The position numbers were made by a program, and so were the translations under genes. A stretch of 64,000 nucleotides of DNA from Pseudomonadota bacterium (GTDB lineage Bacteria; Pseudomonadota; Alphaproteobacteria; SP197), in the NCBI GenBank assembly GCA_039028155.1, contig JBCCIS010000006.1:10225-74224 (forward strand). Direction: 5' to 3'. The notes below the pieces were generated by a model, which made no database searches, was not told the DNA's origin, and saw nothing but the letters and a program-made list of their open reading frames with translations. This document shows positions 43,198 to 53,951 of this stretch, piece by piece (position 1 is the first letter of the stretch; the number at the start of each line of letters is the position of its first letter).

Positions 43198-44274
43198 TTA
43201 CTGGCTGCGCCAGACGTTGAAACGCTCTGTGAGCTCTTCAACGTGGTCGCCCCACCAGACGGTGTCGACCCAGTAGGCATTGCCCGTGTTCTGCGGCGCG
43301 GTCGGCAGATGCTGGGCGATGTCCGGGTTGATCAGCTCGCCCGCGGCATAGGTCGTCGGGCCGTACGAGATGTACTGCGACTGACGAGCCATGACGTCGG
43401 GACGACTGGCGTACTCAATGAACTTCAAACCCAGATCGGTCTCGGGGTGACCGGCAGGGATCATCCAATAGTCATAGTCGATGCCCTGACCGTCCCAGAC
43501 GATCTTGAAGTTCTTACCTTCCTCGACAACCGCGTTGTAGATGCGGCCGTTCCAGGCGGTGGTCATGACGACTTCGCCATCAGCCAGGAGCTGCGGAGCC
43601 ATCGCACCGGAGTCCCAATAGATGACGTGATCCTTGATCGAATCGAGTTTGGCAAATGCACGCTCGATCGCTTCCTGCGGATTGTCGTTCATGTAGTTGG
43701 CCAGTTCGGCGGCGGGCACGCCGTCGGCGATCAGGGCCATCTGCATGGTGTGACCGAAGCCGTTGGCGTAAAGGCCACGCTTGCCCGGGAACTTTTCGAC
43801 ATCGAAGAAGTCGTCGACGGACGTCGGCGCGGATGCCGGATCGGTGTAGACGTCGCCGTCATAGGCGTAGATCGTCGCCCATGAGATCGTGCCGACACCG
43901 CAATCCAGAGCGGCATTCGGCAGGAATCCATCGCGACCACCGAACTGCTCATAATCGAACTCGTGCGCGAGACCTTCGTCACAGGCAGCCAGAATGGTGC
44001 CGCCTTCGGAGTCGATCACATGCCACTTGTACTCACCGGTCTCAACCTGGACGCGGATTTCCGGGATCGTGCCGGTCCACTCATCCTCAAGGATGGTCAG
44101 GTTGATCTCTTTCGCGGCCGGCTTGTAATAGGCTTCGCGCTGGCTCATGGAATAAGCGCCGCCCCAGGAGGCGACGGTAATCGTGTCTTCGGCCGCGGCG
44201 GGACCCGTGCCCGCCAGACCAATCACGGCAACGCCACCAAGCGCCGCCATCGTTGTCTTCCACAAACGGGTCAT
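43198..44274 (-). CDS. ABC transporter periplasmic substrate-binding protein (PotD/PotF-like)
   Basis: Trimmed to MTRLWKTTMAALGGVAVIGLAGTGPAAAEDTITVASWGGAY (signal peptide). 358 aa. Confidence 0.8.
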   Translation of the reverse strand: MTRLWKTTMAALGGVAVIGLAGTGPAAAEDTITVASWGGAYSMSQREAYYKPAAKEINLTILEDEWTGTIPEIRVQVETGEYKWHVIDSEGGTILAACDEGLAHEFDYEQFGGRDGFLPNAALDCGVGTISWATIYAYDGDVYTDPASAPTSVDDFFDVEKFPGKRGLYANGFGHTMQMALIADGVPAAELANYMNDNPQEAIERAFAKLDSIKDHVIYWDSGAMAPQLLADGEVVMTTAWNGRIYNAVVEEGKNFKIVWDGQGIDYDYWMIPAGHPETDLGLKFIEYASRPDVMARQSQYISYGPTTYAAGELINPDIAQHLPTAPQNTGNAYWVDTVWWGDHVEELTERFNVWRSQ

Positions 44275-44387
44275 ATTGTAACTTCTCCCTTGCTTCAGAT
44301 TAGGAGTGTCGGCGAACGAGCCGGGGTTATCGTCCGCCACGCTTGCCTCCTTCGATGGGCCGCTAAGCAGCCCTGTTAGCAGCCTCG

Positions 44388-45509
44388 TCAAGAGGCCGCA
44401 TCCAACGCCCGGCAGTCTTCGGACCGCCAGCCGATTCGGATTGTGTTGCCTTCCGCCAGCGATGGTGCGCCGGTTGTGCGCGGGACCTTGATCACAAAAT
44501 CGTCGTGACCGCACACATTGGCGCGCACACGCGTGTGATCGCCCAGATAGATCAGCTCCTCGACCTTGGCATCGAACACGTTGTCGCATTGCTCGCCTGA
44601 CGGGTCGATCGTGACGCTTTCGGGCCTCAGCGACAGCGTCGTCCGGCTGCCGACACCATCGATTTTGATCGGCAGGGCGCGGACGTGTTCGCCGCTGTCC
44701 AGGTCGACCTCGCACATGCCGCCATTGGCCGCCTTGACGGTACCCAGAAGGCGGTTGTTCTCGCCGATGAAGGCCGCGACGAACGCGTTTTCTGGCTGTT
44801 CGTAAAGTTGGCTTGGCGTCGCCAGCTGCTGAATGACACCGTCGTCGAACACCGCGATGCGGTTCGACATGGTGAGCGCTTCGCTCTGGTCGTGGGTGAC
44901 GTAGACCACGGTCACACCGAGGTTCTCGTGAATGTGCTTGATCTCAAGCTGCATCTGTTCGCGCAGGTTCTTGTCGAGCGCGCCCAACGGCTCGTCCATC
45001 AAGACGAGCTGGGGCTCGAACACCAGGGCGCGAGCCAGCGCGACGCGCTGCTGCTGGCCGCCGGAAAGCTGAGCGGGACGGCGGGTTCCGAACGCGCCAA
45101 GCTCGACCATATCCAGCGCGCGCTGGATCTTTTCCTTCTGCTGGGCCTTCGGCATGCGCCGGGCCTGCAGCGGAAACGCCAGATTCTCCGACACCGTCAT
45201 GTGCGGAAACAGCGCATAATTCTGGAACACCATGCCGATGTCGCGCTTGTGCGGCGGCACGGTCTTCAGCGAATGACCGTTCAAGACGATGTCGCCATGG
45301 GTCGCCGACTCAAAACCCGCCAACATCATCAGGGTCGTTGTCTTACCGGAACCCGACGGCCCCAGCAGTGTTATGAATTCGCCACGCTCAATGTTGAGAT
45401 TGAGATCTTTGACGACAAGAATCTCGCCGTCGTAGGTTTTTTGAACGTGTTCGAAGCGCACCAGCGGCTCGTTGCTTCCAGCCACCGTGCTCTGCCCAGC
45501 TTCGGCCAT
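44388..45509 (-). CDS. ABC transporter ATP-binding protein (PotA-like)
   Basis: Walker [10 protein letters not shown], signature [15 protein letters not shown], Walker B LVLMDEP, and a C-terminal TOBE-like domain. Confidence 0.88.
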   Translation of the reverse strand: MAEAGQSTVAGSNEPLVRFEHVQKTYDGEILVVKDLNLNIERGEFITLLGPSGSGKTTTLMMLAGFESATHGDIVLNGHSLKTVPPHKRDIGMVFQNYALFPHMTVSENLAFPLQARRMPKAQQKEKIQRALDMVELGAFGTRRPAQLSGGQQQRVALARALVFEPQLVLMDEPLGALDKNLREQMQLEIKHIHENLGVTVVYVTHDQSEALTMSNRIAVFDDGVIQQLATPSQLYEQPENAFVAAFIGENNRLLGTVKAANGGMCEVDLDSGEHVRALPIKIDGVGSRTTLSLRPESVTIDPSGEQCDNVFDAKVEELIYLGDHTRVRANVCGHDDFVIKVPRTTGAPSLAEGNTIRIGWRSEDCRALDAAS

Positions 45510-45713
45510 GGTATCGTTGTGTATCCTCGCCCAGACGGATCATTCGTTTTCATTGTTTCGGTCGGCGGTTAACCCGCTTCTTGTCCCGTATCTGACTCTA
45601 GGAGTCGCATTTTGACGGTCGATGTGTCAACACGCGTCAACCCAAAGGTTCTCAGATCTGCGATGCAATCATTGCCTTTTTCTGATCAATCCATCAAGCG
45701 CGATAGTGCCGTG

Positions 45714-47036
45714 ATGTATCAGACTTTCCGCGTATCCGCCGCTCGCTTGTCGTCGTTTACAGGTTCTGCAACCTATTGTAGGTGCTGTGCCATTTTCGTG
45801 GTGTTGCTCGCACTTTTGCTGTTGCCGGACGATATCCGCGCCGATGATTTGCCGGTCAGCCCCAGTACGGTCGCCGACATGCTGATCGAGGCCGGGATGG
45901 TGTCCAAGGAGCGATTCGAAGAGGTTGACGACCGCTATGTCGGCCCCCTTCTGATCGGCGGCCAGGGTGAGCCCGGTGAGGATGATCTGGAGGGGCGCGG
46001 CATGAGCGTCCTGATCTATCCGGGCGAGGCGGGCGGCACCGCGCAGATCCAGTTCATCGTGATTCCGCCATGGGACAATCTGGGCAGCCGTATCGACGCC
46101 ATCGCCGCGATCGTGTCTGAGGTGGCAGGTCCGACACCCGAAGGTCCCGCCTTCACGGCCGATGACGACCCGGTCAGAGCGGCGATGTCGCCCGGTGGTC
46201 AATGGCTATACGGCATCATGCTGGAGTCCTGGCTCGGTTGGCCCGGCTCGCCGCAACGCGTCGTGCGCGTGATCGATGGCGTTGCCGTCATCATCGAAGG
46301 CGTGCCGCCGGAAATCTGGGGCATCACCATCGTTCCCGATGCCGGTTACGGCGACTGGACCTGGCCCGGCATGTCGCCGGACACCGACAGCGACGAGGTC
46401 AAGGAAGCCCGGCTTGCCATTCGAAGCGGCGACTATGCCCGCGCGGTCGAACTGCTGGAGGCAGCCGGTGAGCGCGATGAAGCCGCCGCCGGCGCCTTGA
46501 TGGGTGACATGTACCGCCTGGCGCGCATCGGTCCGGCCGACCAGGAGGAAGCATCGGATTGGTATCTCATCGGCGGGCGCCACGGTTACGGCCCGGCGAT
46601 TTATGGCCTGGCGATGATGGCGAAGGATGGCTGGGGCATCGTGCCGATGAACAATCTACGCCTACCCCTGCTCGAAGACGCGAAGGAGGCGGGCATGGCG
46701 GACGCCGTCTACGTGCTGTCCAGTCAGCCGGACGGCGTCTTCTACATGCGCCCAGAAGGCGTCAGTCAGATTGACCAGGTTCACCAGGCCGCCGAGTGGG
46801 GCCTGCTGGCCGCCCAACTGGACCTCGCCGAGCGCTATGCCACCGGCAACGGCGTCGACGCCGACCCGGTGCGGGCCTATGCCTGGGCCTCGGTCGCGCT
46901 GGCGAACACCGATCCTGGTCTGGATTACATTCGCGCGCATCAGCTCGAAGCCGATATCGGCAGTGCGCTGAGCGATGAGCAACGGGACGAAGCCCGGTCG
47001 CTTGCCCAGGAACTCGCAAGCAGCGGCGCCAATTAG
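45714..47036 (+). CDS. Sel1-like repeat (SLR/TPR) protein, probably exported (start uncertain)
   Basis: Hydrophobic N-terminal segment CCAIFVVLLALLLLP. The C-terminal repeats GDMYRLARIG...EEASDWY, YGLAMMAKDGWG and LAERYATGNGV...RAYAWASVA are Sel1-like. Confidence 0.55.
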   Translation: MYQTFRVSAARLSSFTGSATYCRCCAIFVVLLALLLLPDDIRADDLPVSPSTVADMLIEAGMVSKERFEEVDDRYVGPLLIGGQGEPGEDDLEGRGMSVLIYPGEAGGTAQIQFIVIPPWDNLGSRIDAIAAIVSEVAGPTPEGPAFTADDDPVRAAMSPGGQWLYGIMLESWLGWPGSPQRVVRVIDGVAVIIEGVPPEIWGITIVPDAGYGDWTWPGMSPDTDSDEVKEARLAIRSGDYARAVELLEAAGERDEAAAGALMGDMYRLARIGPADQEEASDWYLIGGRHGYGPAIYGLAMMAKDGWGIVPMNNLRLPLLEDAKEAGMADAVYVLSSQPDGVFYMRPEGVSQIDQVHQAAEWGLLAAQLDLAERYATGNGVDADPVRAYAWASVALANTDPGLDYIRAHQLEADIGSALSDEQRDEARSLAQELASSGAN

Positions 47037-47491
47037 GCCAGCGCTTCGAGCGACTCAATATAGGCGTCGGGCAGGCCGTGTTCGCGAGCGCCCTCCAGCA
47101 TCAGTGCCAGATAGGCCGACGCCACCTTGAACGGCCCGGCTGGTCGGGCGACGCGGTAGAGATCGCCCTTATGCCAGCCACCGTCCTCGCCCAGGACCAG
47201 AAAAGTCTCGCGTCGGTAAAGGCCTTCGCCCAAGTTTTCGAGCGCGTCCAACGCATCGAAATCGGCGCGGCGGATGCGGTAGAGGATACCGTGAACCAGG
47301 TCGCCCGGCGCCTCCATGATGGTGCTGATGCCACCCTTCATGTTGGTCGAGAAGCGGCGGAACTCGATACGGTAGTTGGGCAGGGCCGCGCGCATGACCG
47401 CGGTCGCCGAGGGGCATTCCTGGCGCAGATACCGGCTCGCCATGTTGGAGCCATAGGCGAAGCTCAACAGTTCGTCGTCGGCCAAATCCAT
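47033..47491 (-). CDS. gamma-glutamylcyclotransferase (AIG2/GGACT-like) family protein
   Basis: LSFAYGSNMASRYLRQECPSA... is the GGCT N-terminal YGSN motif. Confidence 0.72.
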   Translation of the reverse strand: MDLADDELLSFAYGSNMASRYLRQECPSATAVMRAALPNYRIEFRRFSTNMKGGISTIMEAPGDLVHGILYRIRRADFDALDALENLGEGLYRRETFLVLGEDGGWHKGDLYRVARPAGPFKVASAYLALMLEGAREHGLPDAYIESLEALA

Positions 47492-47555
47492 TGTCCATAT
47501 TCCGTTGTTGTTGCTGTACGGCGTGTTGATTCGGTCAAATCCCTGTCTGCAGGGA

Positions 47556-48764
47556 TCAGCAGACAGCCAGTTCTCGTGGCATATCGGTCAAAATCTCACA
47601 ACCTCCCTCGGCAACCAACACGGTTTCGCTGAAACCCATGTTGCCCCAGCCGCGGAAGCCGACCATGGGCACCAGATGGAACACCATGCCCGCTTCGAGC
47701 GGTCGTTCGTTGCCCTCGGCAATATCCATCACCAGGCCTTCACCCCAACCGGGCGCGAAGGCGACGCCCAACGAATAGCCGGCGCGATGACGGAAACACT
47801 CGGCCAATCCCGCTTGCGCGACGACCTCGCGGCCGGCGCGGTCGACGTCCTGGCTGGTGACGCCGGACCGGATCGTGTCGATCATCGCCTCAAGTGCCTC
47901 GATCATGACGGCGGCGCGGTTCGCCATCGCATTCGACGGCGGTCCGACGCAGGCCATACGCATCAGCGAACCGGAGTAGCGGCGATAGCAGCCGCCGACC
48001 TCGAAATAGACCGGCTCGCCCGCCTTTACCTCGGCGCGCTCCGGCAGCATGTGGGTCACCGCCGCGCGCGGCCCGGCGACCACATAGGGACCGCCGGCGG
48101 GCTGTTCGCCGCCCTCGGCCATCATGGCGGCAAAGACCGATCCGGCGATGACGTTCTCCGTCTTGCCCGGCTCGACCGCGGCGATGCCGGCGGCCATGCC
48201 GATGGAGGCGATCCGCGCGGCTTCGCGGATCAAGGCGATCTCCGCCGGCGACTTGATGCGCCGCGCGTCTTCTAGGATGGCACCGGACGCGACACCGGCT
48301 TGCTCACCAAAGGTATCGCGAAACGCATCCAGGATTTGCGGCGGCAGCCAGAAGCCACGTTCCTCATAACCGAAACGCCGGACGGCGGGGGACGCCCCGC
48401 GCGCCGCGCCGATGCTGAGGGCAACCTCGTCGTCGCCCATGAAGACCGTTACGTTGTCTTTGACCCAGCTCAGCGCGCGGACCGCTTCGCCTTCAAGCCG
48501 GCTCGTCACGAATACGGGCTCGCCTTCGGCCGGCACGATCAGCAGCTGGTAAACGTAGTAGCCGGTCGTGCGGTAGCCGGTCAGCCAATAGATGTTCTCA
48601 GGGCTTGAGACGAGCAGCAGATCAAGGTCGGCGACGCCCATCGTCGCGCGGACCGCGGCCAGGCGCGCCTTGTATTCATCGATGCTGAACGGCAGGCCGA
48701 AGGGAAGGTCGCTCGACCAGTCTGATGCCGGTGTGGTGTTTTCCATCGATATTGAGGCTAGCAC
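47556..48764 (-). CDS. M24-family hydrolase (creatinase/Xaa-Pro peptidase fold), paralogue A
   Basis: N-terminal creatinase/prolidase domain (FSIDEYKARLAAVRATMGVADLDLLLVSSPENIYWLTGY) and a C-terminal pita-bread domain. Confidence 0.78.
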   Translation of the reverse strand: MLASISMENTTPASDWSSDLPFGLPFSIDEYKARLAAVRATMGVADLDLLLVSSPENIYWLTGYRTTGYYVYQLLIVPAEGEPVFVTSRLEGEAVRALSWVKDNVTVFMGDDEVALSIGAARGASPAVRRFGYEERGFWLPPQILDAFRDTFGEQAGVASGAILEDARRIKSPAEIALIREAARIASIGMAAGIAAVEPGKTENVIAGSVFAAMMAEGGEQPAGGPYVVAGPRAAVTHMLPERAEVKAGEPVYFEVGGCYRRYSGSLMRMACVGPPSNAMANRAAVMIEALEAMIDTIRSGVTSQDVDRAGREVVAQAGLAECFRHRAGYSLGVAFAPGWGEGLVMDIAEGNERPLEAGMVFHLVPMVGFRGWGNMGFSETVLVAEGGCEILTDMPRELAVC

Positions 48765-48834
48765 GGCTCACCGGCCGCAGTGCATGCTGAACCGCCTGTC
48801 GATTTGATTCAGCCGACGATTACGTGGGGACACC

Positions 48835-50085
48835 ATGAGCCTGAGCTACCGCGACGACGTCCTGCAGAACTGCACGCCCGATCTGGAAGTGCCGTTCCCA
48901 CAAGAAGAGTACGACGCGCGCTTGCGGAAGGTGCAGGCTGAGATGGCCGAACGCGGTATCGACGTGCTGTTCGTCTCCGCGCCGGAAGGCATCAACTACC
49001 TCTCCGGATACCAGTGCGAGTGGTTCCAGGCGCAGAGCCCCAAGCAGTGGCCAGCGACGGGCGGCATCGCCGTTCATGTCGAACAGCCGACGTTCATGCT
49101 GTTCGACACCGAGCGGGAATGGGTGTTGTCGCGCTATTGCTCGTGTTCGAAGGACACCCGCATCTTTCCGCCGGACTCCATGCGCGACGGCCAGGCCTTC
49201 ATCATTGAGCAGTTGAAGGACGACGGCTGGCTCAAGGACGGCACGACGGTCGGCCTGGAGTTCTGGAGCTACCGCCCGAACCGCGTGCTGTCTCAGCGCT
49301 TTGAGCAGAAGTTCGTTGATGCCGGCGCCCGTGTGGTCGACGGCACCGATGTGCTGCGCGAGGTCCGCTGGGTCAAGTCGCCGCTGGAAATGGCGGCGAT
49401 CGAGGACGCGGCGCGCGTCGCCGATGCCGGGCTCATGGCCGCGAAGAACGCGATCCGGCCGGGTGTCATGGAGCTGGAGGTCTATGGCGAAATGGTTGCC
49501 GGACTCGCCAAGGCCGGCGGCGAAAACCCGGCGATCACCCAGCCGGTTCTCTCCGGCAAGAAGGCGAATGCGGCGCACGCCATGTCGTCGCGGCGCAAGA
49601 TCCAGGAAGGCGAGCTGGTGTTGGTCGACTGTTCGGGCGTGGTCAAGCGCTATCACTGCAACATGGCGCGCACCTATGCCTGCGGCGACCCGGGCCAGGA
49701 CGTCATGGACTATGCCGCTCGATGCTCGGCGTCGATGAAGGTGCTGGGCGACCTCATCAGGCCCAACCTGCCGGTCAAGGAACTCTATGACACCATGAAA
49801 GCCTTCTACGAGGAGCAGGGCGTGTGGCAGGACCGCGGCTTCATCGGCGGTTACGAGATGGGCATCGCCTTCCCACCCGACTGGGTCGGCAACTTCATTT
49901 ACGACGTCAATTCGACCGAGAACATCGATCGTGTGTTCGAGCCGGGCACGGCGGTGAACTATGAAAACCAGTACTTCATGCCGCGCCAGAAGGGTCTCTA
50001 TTTCATGATCGAAACGCTGTGTTTCTTAGAGGACGAGGCGCGGCTGATGTCCAAGGTGCCGTACGAGCTGGAGGTCGTTGGATAG
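48835..50085 (+). CDS. M24-family hydrolase, paralogue B
   Basis: FPQEEYDARLRKVQAEMAERGIDVLFVSAPEGINYLSGY. Divergent from paralogue A. Confidence 0.78.
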   Translation: MSLSYRDDVLQNCTPDLEVPFPQEEYDARLRKVQAEMAERGIDVLFVSAPEGINYLSGYQCEWFQAQSPKQWPATGGIAVHVEQPTFMLFDTEREWVLSRYCSCSKDTRIFPPDSMRDGQAFIIEQLKDDGWLKDGTTVGLEFWSYRPNRVLSQRFEQKFVDAGARVVDGTDVLREVRWVKSPLEMAAIEDAARVADAGLMAAKNAIRPGVMELEVYGEMVAGLAKAGGENPAITQPVLSGKKANAAHAMSSRRKIQEGELVLVDCSGVVKRYHCNMARTYACGDPGQDVMDYAARCSASMKVLGDLIRPNLPVKELYDTMKAFYEEQGVWQDRGFIGGYEMGIAFPPDWVGNFIYDVNSTENIDRVFEPGTAVNYENQYFMPRQKGLYFMIETLCFLEDEARLMSKVPYELEVVG

Positions 50086-50219
50086 GGCGGCGAAGCACGG
50101 GACAATCCCATTGAATAAATGGGGTTATGGCTGGCATGAATGAATCTCGCTTGCCGCCGAAGGGCCGAAAGCGCTAGCATTTCTGCCGCTTACAGACATT
50201 TCGCGTGGAGGCGACGGCG

Positions 50220-51446
50220 ATGCAAAATGGCGGCGGCGTTGTGTCCTTTGAGGACCTGATCAAACGGCAGAAGCCGGGCTTCACCCTGGAACAGCCGTTC
50301 TATTGTGACCCCGATATCTTCAAGCGCGATCTGCAAAAGATCGTCGGCAAGTCGTGGATCTATGTCGACCATGTCTCCGAGATACCGAACAAGGGCGACT
50401 TTCTGCTCTACAACATCGGCGAGGAGTCGATCATCGTCGTGCGTGGCAAGGAGGGTGCGGTCAACGCGTTCTTCAATGTCTGCCGTCATCGCGGCAGCCA
50501 TATCTGTCTGAAGGAGTCAGGCAGCGTCCGCACGCTGACCTGCCCCTATCACGCCTGGGTCTATGATCTCGACGGCAATCTGATCGGCGCGCGCGGCATG
50601 CCCGGGGATTTCGACAAGGCAAAGTTCCCGCTGCACAAGTGTCAAGTGCGCGTCTGGCACGGCCTGATCTTCATCAACATGGCCGCGGAGGGCGATCCCG
50701 ACGTCGCGCCGTTTGATGCCATGGCCGACGATCTCGAACGGTTCGTCGCGCTTCACCGGCTGGAAGACACCAAGATCGTCCATCGCGAGGTTTATCCGAC
50801 AGCGGCGAACTGGAAGCTGGTCGTCGACAATTTCAGGGAGTGTTACCACTGCATTCCCGCCCATCCTGAATACACCATGGTCAACGCCTATGTGCGCGGT
50901 ACCGACAAGGGCTGGGAGAACTATCAGCCGGTGGTCAAGGAATGGGAGAAGGAAACGGTCAAGCTGGGCCACCCGGTCGGCTGGGACGAGACCAGCGGGA
51001 GCGACAGCCGCCAGCCCTATGGCTACTGGCGCCAGCCGATCCGCGAGGGTTACGTCACGCTGTCCGAGGACGGCCAGCCGGTCGCGCCGTTGCTCGGCGA
51101 CCTCAACGATTGGGACGGCGGCGAAACGGCCTTTACCTTCGGCGCACTCTCCTATGCTTATCTGTGCGCCGATCACCTGTGCATGTTCCGTTTCACGCCG
51201 GTCACCGCAACCCACTCCGATGTCGTCGTGACGTGGCATGTCCGCGCCGATGCGGAAGAAGGCAAGGACTATGACCTCGCGCGCCTCAAATGGATGTGGG
51301 ATGTCACGACGATCGAGGACACCAAGATCATCATCGACAACCAGAAAGGCGTTAACTCGACCCGCTACTTGCCTGGGCCTTACGCGCCGCAGGAAAGCTA
51401 TTCCAGCAGTTTCGCCAGCTGGTATCTGGAGCGTTTGGCGTCCTGA
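50220..51446 (+). CDS. Rieske [2Fe-2S] oxygenase alpha subunit (GbcA-like)
   Basis: CRHRGSHIC...CPYHAWVY, then FRECYHCIPAHPEY. The start was set to MQNGGG by alignment with its paralogue at 53952. Confidence 0.85.
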   Translation: MQNGGGVVSFEDLIKRQKPGFTLEQPFYCDPDIFKRDLQKIVGKSWIYVDHVSEIPNKGDFLLYNIGEESIIVVRGKEGAVNAFFNVCRHRGSHICLKESGSVRTLTCPYHAWVYDLDGNLIGARGMPGDFDKAKFPLHKCQVRVWHGLIFINMAAEGDPDVAPFDAMADDLERFVALHRLEDTKIVHREVYPTAANWKLVVDNFRECYHCIPAHPEYTMVNAYVRGTDKGWENYQPVVKEWEKETVKLGHPVGWDETSGSDSRQPYGYWRQPIREGYVTLSEDGQPVAPLLGDLNDWDGGETAFTFGALSYAYLCADHLCMFRFTPVTATHSDVVVTWHVRADAEEGKDYDLARLKWMWDVTTIEDTKIIIDNQKGVNSTRYLPGPYAPQESYSSSFASWYLERLAS

Positions 51447-51572
51447 GACGTTTCCGGACACTTTGCGCTAGATCAATTGTCCGGATCCGTCTTTCTGTAA
51501 CATGGCAGCTCAACGATACGTGGGCGTCCGGGTCGCATGCGTGGCCGGGACGCCAGCGCATGGGGTAACGTC

Positions 51573-53132
51573 ATGTTTGATACCGCCGAGCTTGGCCGCG
51601 CTATACCGCGCAAGGAATTCAGGAAAATCGAGACTGTTCTGCGCCAGGAACTGCTCCAGCTGCAGAACGAGCTGCACAAGGGTGGTGACTTCCAGGTCAT
51701 CCTGATCTTCGCCGGTGTCGACGGCGGCGGAAAAGGCGAAACTGTCAGTCTGCTCAACGAGTGGATGGATCCGCGCTGGCTGATCACCCGGGCTTACGAC
51801 GAGGCGACCGATGGCGAACGCGAGCGCCCGGAGTTCTGGCGCTACTGGCGTGACCTTCCGCCGCGCGGGCGCATCGGCATGTTCCTGAGCGCCTGGTACT
51901 CCAGACCGGTCGTCGAGCATGCCCAGGGCACCATGGACGAAGCGACGTTCTTGAAGCAGCTCAGCCGCGTCGTGCGCTTTGAGCGGGCCTTGGCGCGCGA
52001 CGGCGCGATGATTCAGAAATTCTGGATGCATCTGAGCCACAGCGCCCAGGAAGAACGCTTGAAGAGTCTGGAACGTGATCCGTTGACCAAGGCCAGGGTG
52101 ACCGAGCGCGATTGGGACAACTGGAAAATCTACGACCGTTTCATCAGCACCGCAGAACAGGTCATCACCCGAAGCAACCGGGGCATCGCGCCTTGGACCG
52201 TCGTCGAAGGTGTCGATCCCAATTATCGCGCCGTGACTGTCGCGACGATCCTGCGCGATGAACTCGACAAGAAACTTCAGGAACATCGCGCGCGGCTCAA
52301 CCAGGCCGACGCGTTGGCGAAAGCCAACAAGAAAGACAAGAAAGACAAACAGTCCAAGCGCGCCGCAGCGGCTAAACGGTCGAACGACGCCGCGTTCAAT
52401 GCCGCGACGTCGATCACGGTGTTGAGCCGGCTCGACATGGCAAAGCAGGCGGACAAGGAAGGCTATGACGACCAATTGATCGAGCAGCAGGCGCGGCTCC
52501 ATCGCCTGCATCTGAAAGCGAAGGCAAAAAAGGTCTCCAGTCTCCTGGTGTTCGAAGGGCCCGACGCGGCGGGCAAGGGCGGTGCCATTCGCCGCATCAA
52601 CGAAGGCCTCGACGCGCGCAATCTGCAGGTCCACGGCATCGCCGCGCCGACCGACGAGGAAAAGGCTCAGCATTACCTCTGGCGGTTCTGGCGCCATCTG
52701 CCACGCGCCGGCCGCGTCACGGTTTTCGATCGCTCGTGGTACGGCCGTGTTCTTGTGGAGCGGATCAACGGCTTTGCGACCGAGGACGAATGGCGTCGTT
52801 CCTATGCGGAGATCAACGATTTCGAGGAGCAGTTGATCGAGCACGGAATCGTGCTGATCAAATACTGGATCCACATCTCGAAGGACGAACAGCTGGCACG
52901 TTTCAAGGCGCGCGAGAAGACGCCGCACAAGCGCTGGAAGCTGACGGACGAGGACTGGCGAAACCGCAGCCAGTGGGAGGCCTATGAGCAGGCAGTGAAC
53001 GACATGGTGCAGTACACCAGCACCTCGCTGGCGCCGTGGACGCTGGTCGAGGGCAACGACAAACGCTATTCGCGGCTCAAGGTCGTGCAAACCTTCGCCG
53101 ACCGGCTATCGGCCGCCGTGGATGTAGCCTGA
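51573..53132 (+). CDS. two-domain polyphosphate kinase 2 (PPK2; polyphosphate:AMP phosphotransferase-type architecture)
   Basis: Two PPK2 modules: FAGVDGGGKGETVSLLNEWMDPR and FEGPDAAGKGGAIRRINEGLDAR...RFWRHLPRAGRVTVFDRSWY. Confidence 0.85.
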   Translation: MFDTAELGRAIPRKEFRKIETVLRQELLQLQNELHKGGDFQVILIFAGVDGGGKGETVSLLNEWMDPRWLITRAYDEATDGERERPEFWRYWRDLPPRGRIGMFLSAWYSRPVVEHAQGTMDEATFLKQLSRVVRFERALARDGAMIQKFWMHLSHSAQEERLKSLERDPLTKARVTERDWDNWKIYDRFISTAEQVITRSNRGIAPWTVVEGVDPNYRAVTVATILRDELDKKLQEHRARLNQADALAKANKKDKKDKQSKRAAAAKRSNDAAFNAATSITVLSRLDMAKQADKEGYDDQLIEQQARLHRLHLKAKAKKVSSLLVFEGPDAAGKGGAIRRINEGLDARNLQVHGIAAPTDEEKAQHYLWRFWRHLPRAGRVTVFDRSWYGRVLVERINGFATEDEWRRSYAEINDFEEQLIEHGIVLIKYWIHISKDEQLARFKAREKTPHKRWKLTDEDWRNRSQWEAYEQAVNDMVQYTSTSLAPWTLVEGNDKRYSRLKVVQTFADRLSAAVDVA

Positions 53133-53243
53133 TTGGCACCCCTGGCTTCGATTGCGCCGCCGCACGAGACTCTTCTTGCACGGCTGAAACGTTGCACTAC
53201 GTTCGCGTTGACGAGCGGTCAGATGCACAGACGGAGCGTTATC

Positions 53244-53855
53244 ATGAGTTGGGAGTTCCTCGTGACGGCCTTGGTGATCGTGATCGCGCCTGGAACCGGC
53301 GTGATCTACACGCTTGCCAACGGCATCGGCCTTGGCAAGCGGGCCAGCGTCTACGCCGCGTTCGGCTGCACCCTGGGCATCGTGCCCCACATCGTCGCGA
53401 CAATCCTGGGCCTGGCGGCGATCGTTCACACCAGTGCGCTGGCGTTCGACATCGTTCGCTACGCCGGCGTCGCCTACCTTCTCTATCTCGCGTGGAGTGC
53501 GTGGCGCGAAGGCGGCGCGCTTACCGTGGGCGAGGCGGGCCAACAGCGGCGCATGGGTCAGATCGTGCGTCGCGGGGTCGCCATCAACTTGCTGAACCCC
53601 AAGCTGTCGATCTTCTTCGTGGCGTTCCTGCCGCAGTTCATCGATCCGCTCGCCGCCCATCCGACCCTGCACATGGTGATGTTGGCCCTGGTCTTCATGG
53701 CGATGACGCTTGTCGTCTTTGTCGCCTATGGCCTGCTTGCTGCCTACGCGCGCGATTACATCGTCGAACGACCGACCGTCATGCTGGTCATCCGGCGGGG
53801 CTTCGCGGCCGCGTTCGCCGGTTTGGGGCTGCGTCTGGCGCTCGCCGAGCGCTAA
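53244..53855 (+). CDS. LysE/RhtB-family amino-acid exporter
   Basis: MSWEFLVTALVIVIAPGTGVIYTLANG...NLLNPKLSIFFVAFLPQF. Confidence 0.8.
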   Translation: MSWEFLVTALVIVIAPGTGVIYTLANGIGLGKRASVYAAFGCTLGIVPHIVATILGLAAIVHTSALAFDIVRYAGVAYLLYLAWSAWREGGALTVGEAGQQRRMGQIVRRGVAINLLNPKLSIFFVAFLPQFIDPLAAHPTLHMVMLALVFMAMTLVVFVAYGLLAAYARDYIVERPTVMLVIRRGFAAAFAGLGLRLALAER

Positions 53856-53951
53856 CCCAGGGTTGCCGAGCCCAAGCACCTGTCATTCTGGTTGACGTCT
53901 GCCCCTTCGCGGCGGGAAAGTTGCGCGTGAAATGGCTTGTGGAGGTCCGTG

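Noticed and set aside
51510-53090. 526-aa minus-strand ORF. Similar long antisense ORFs occur at 31660..32490, 37990..39111, 48820..49656, 53036..54154, 55211..56308 and 56687..57931.
   Set aside because: Each lies opposite a gene with unambiguous family motifs and shows biased Arg/Ala/Gly/Val composition with no motif. I treated them as non-coding shadows.
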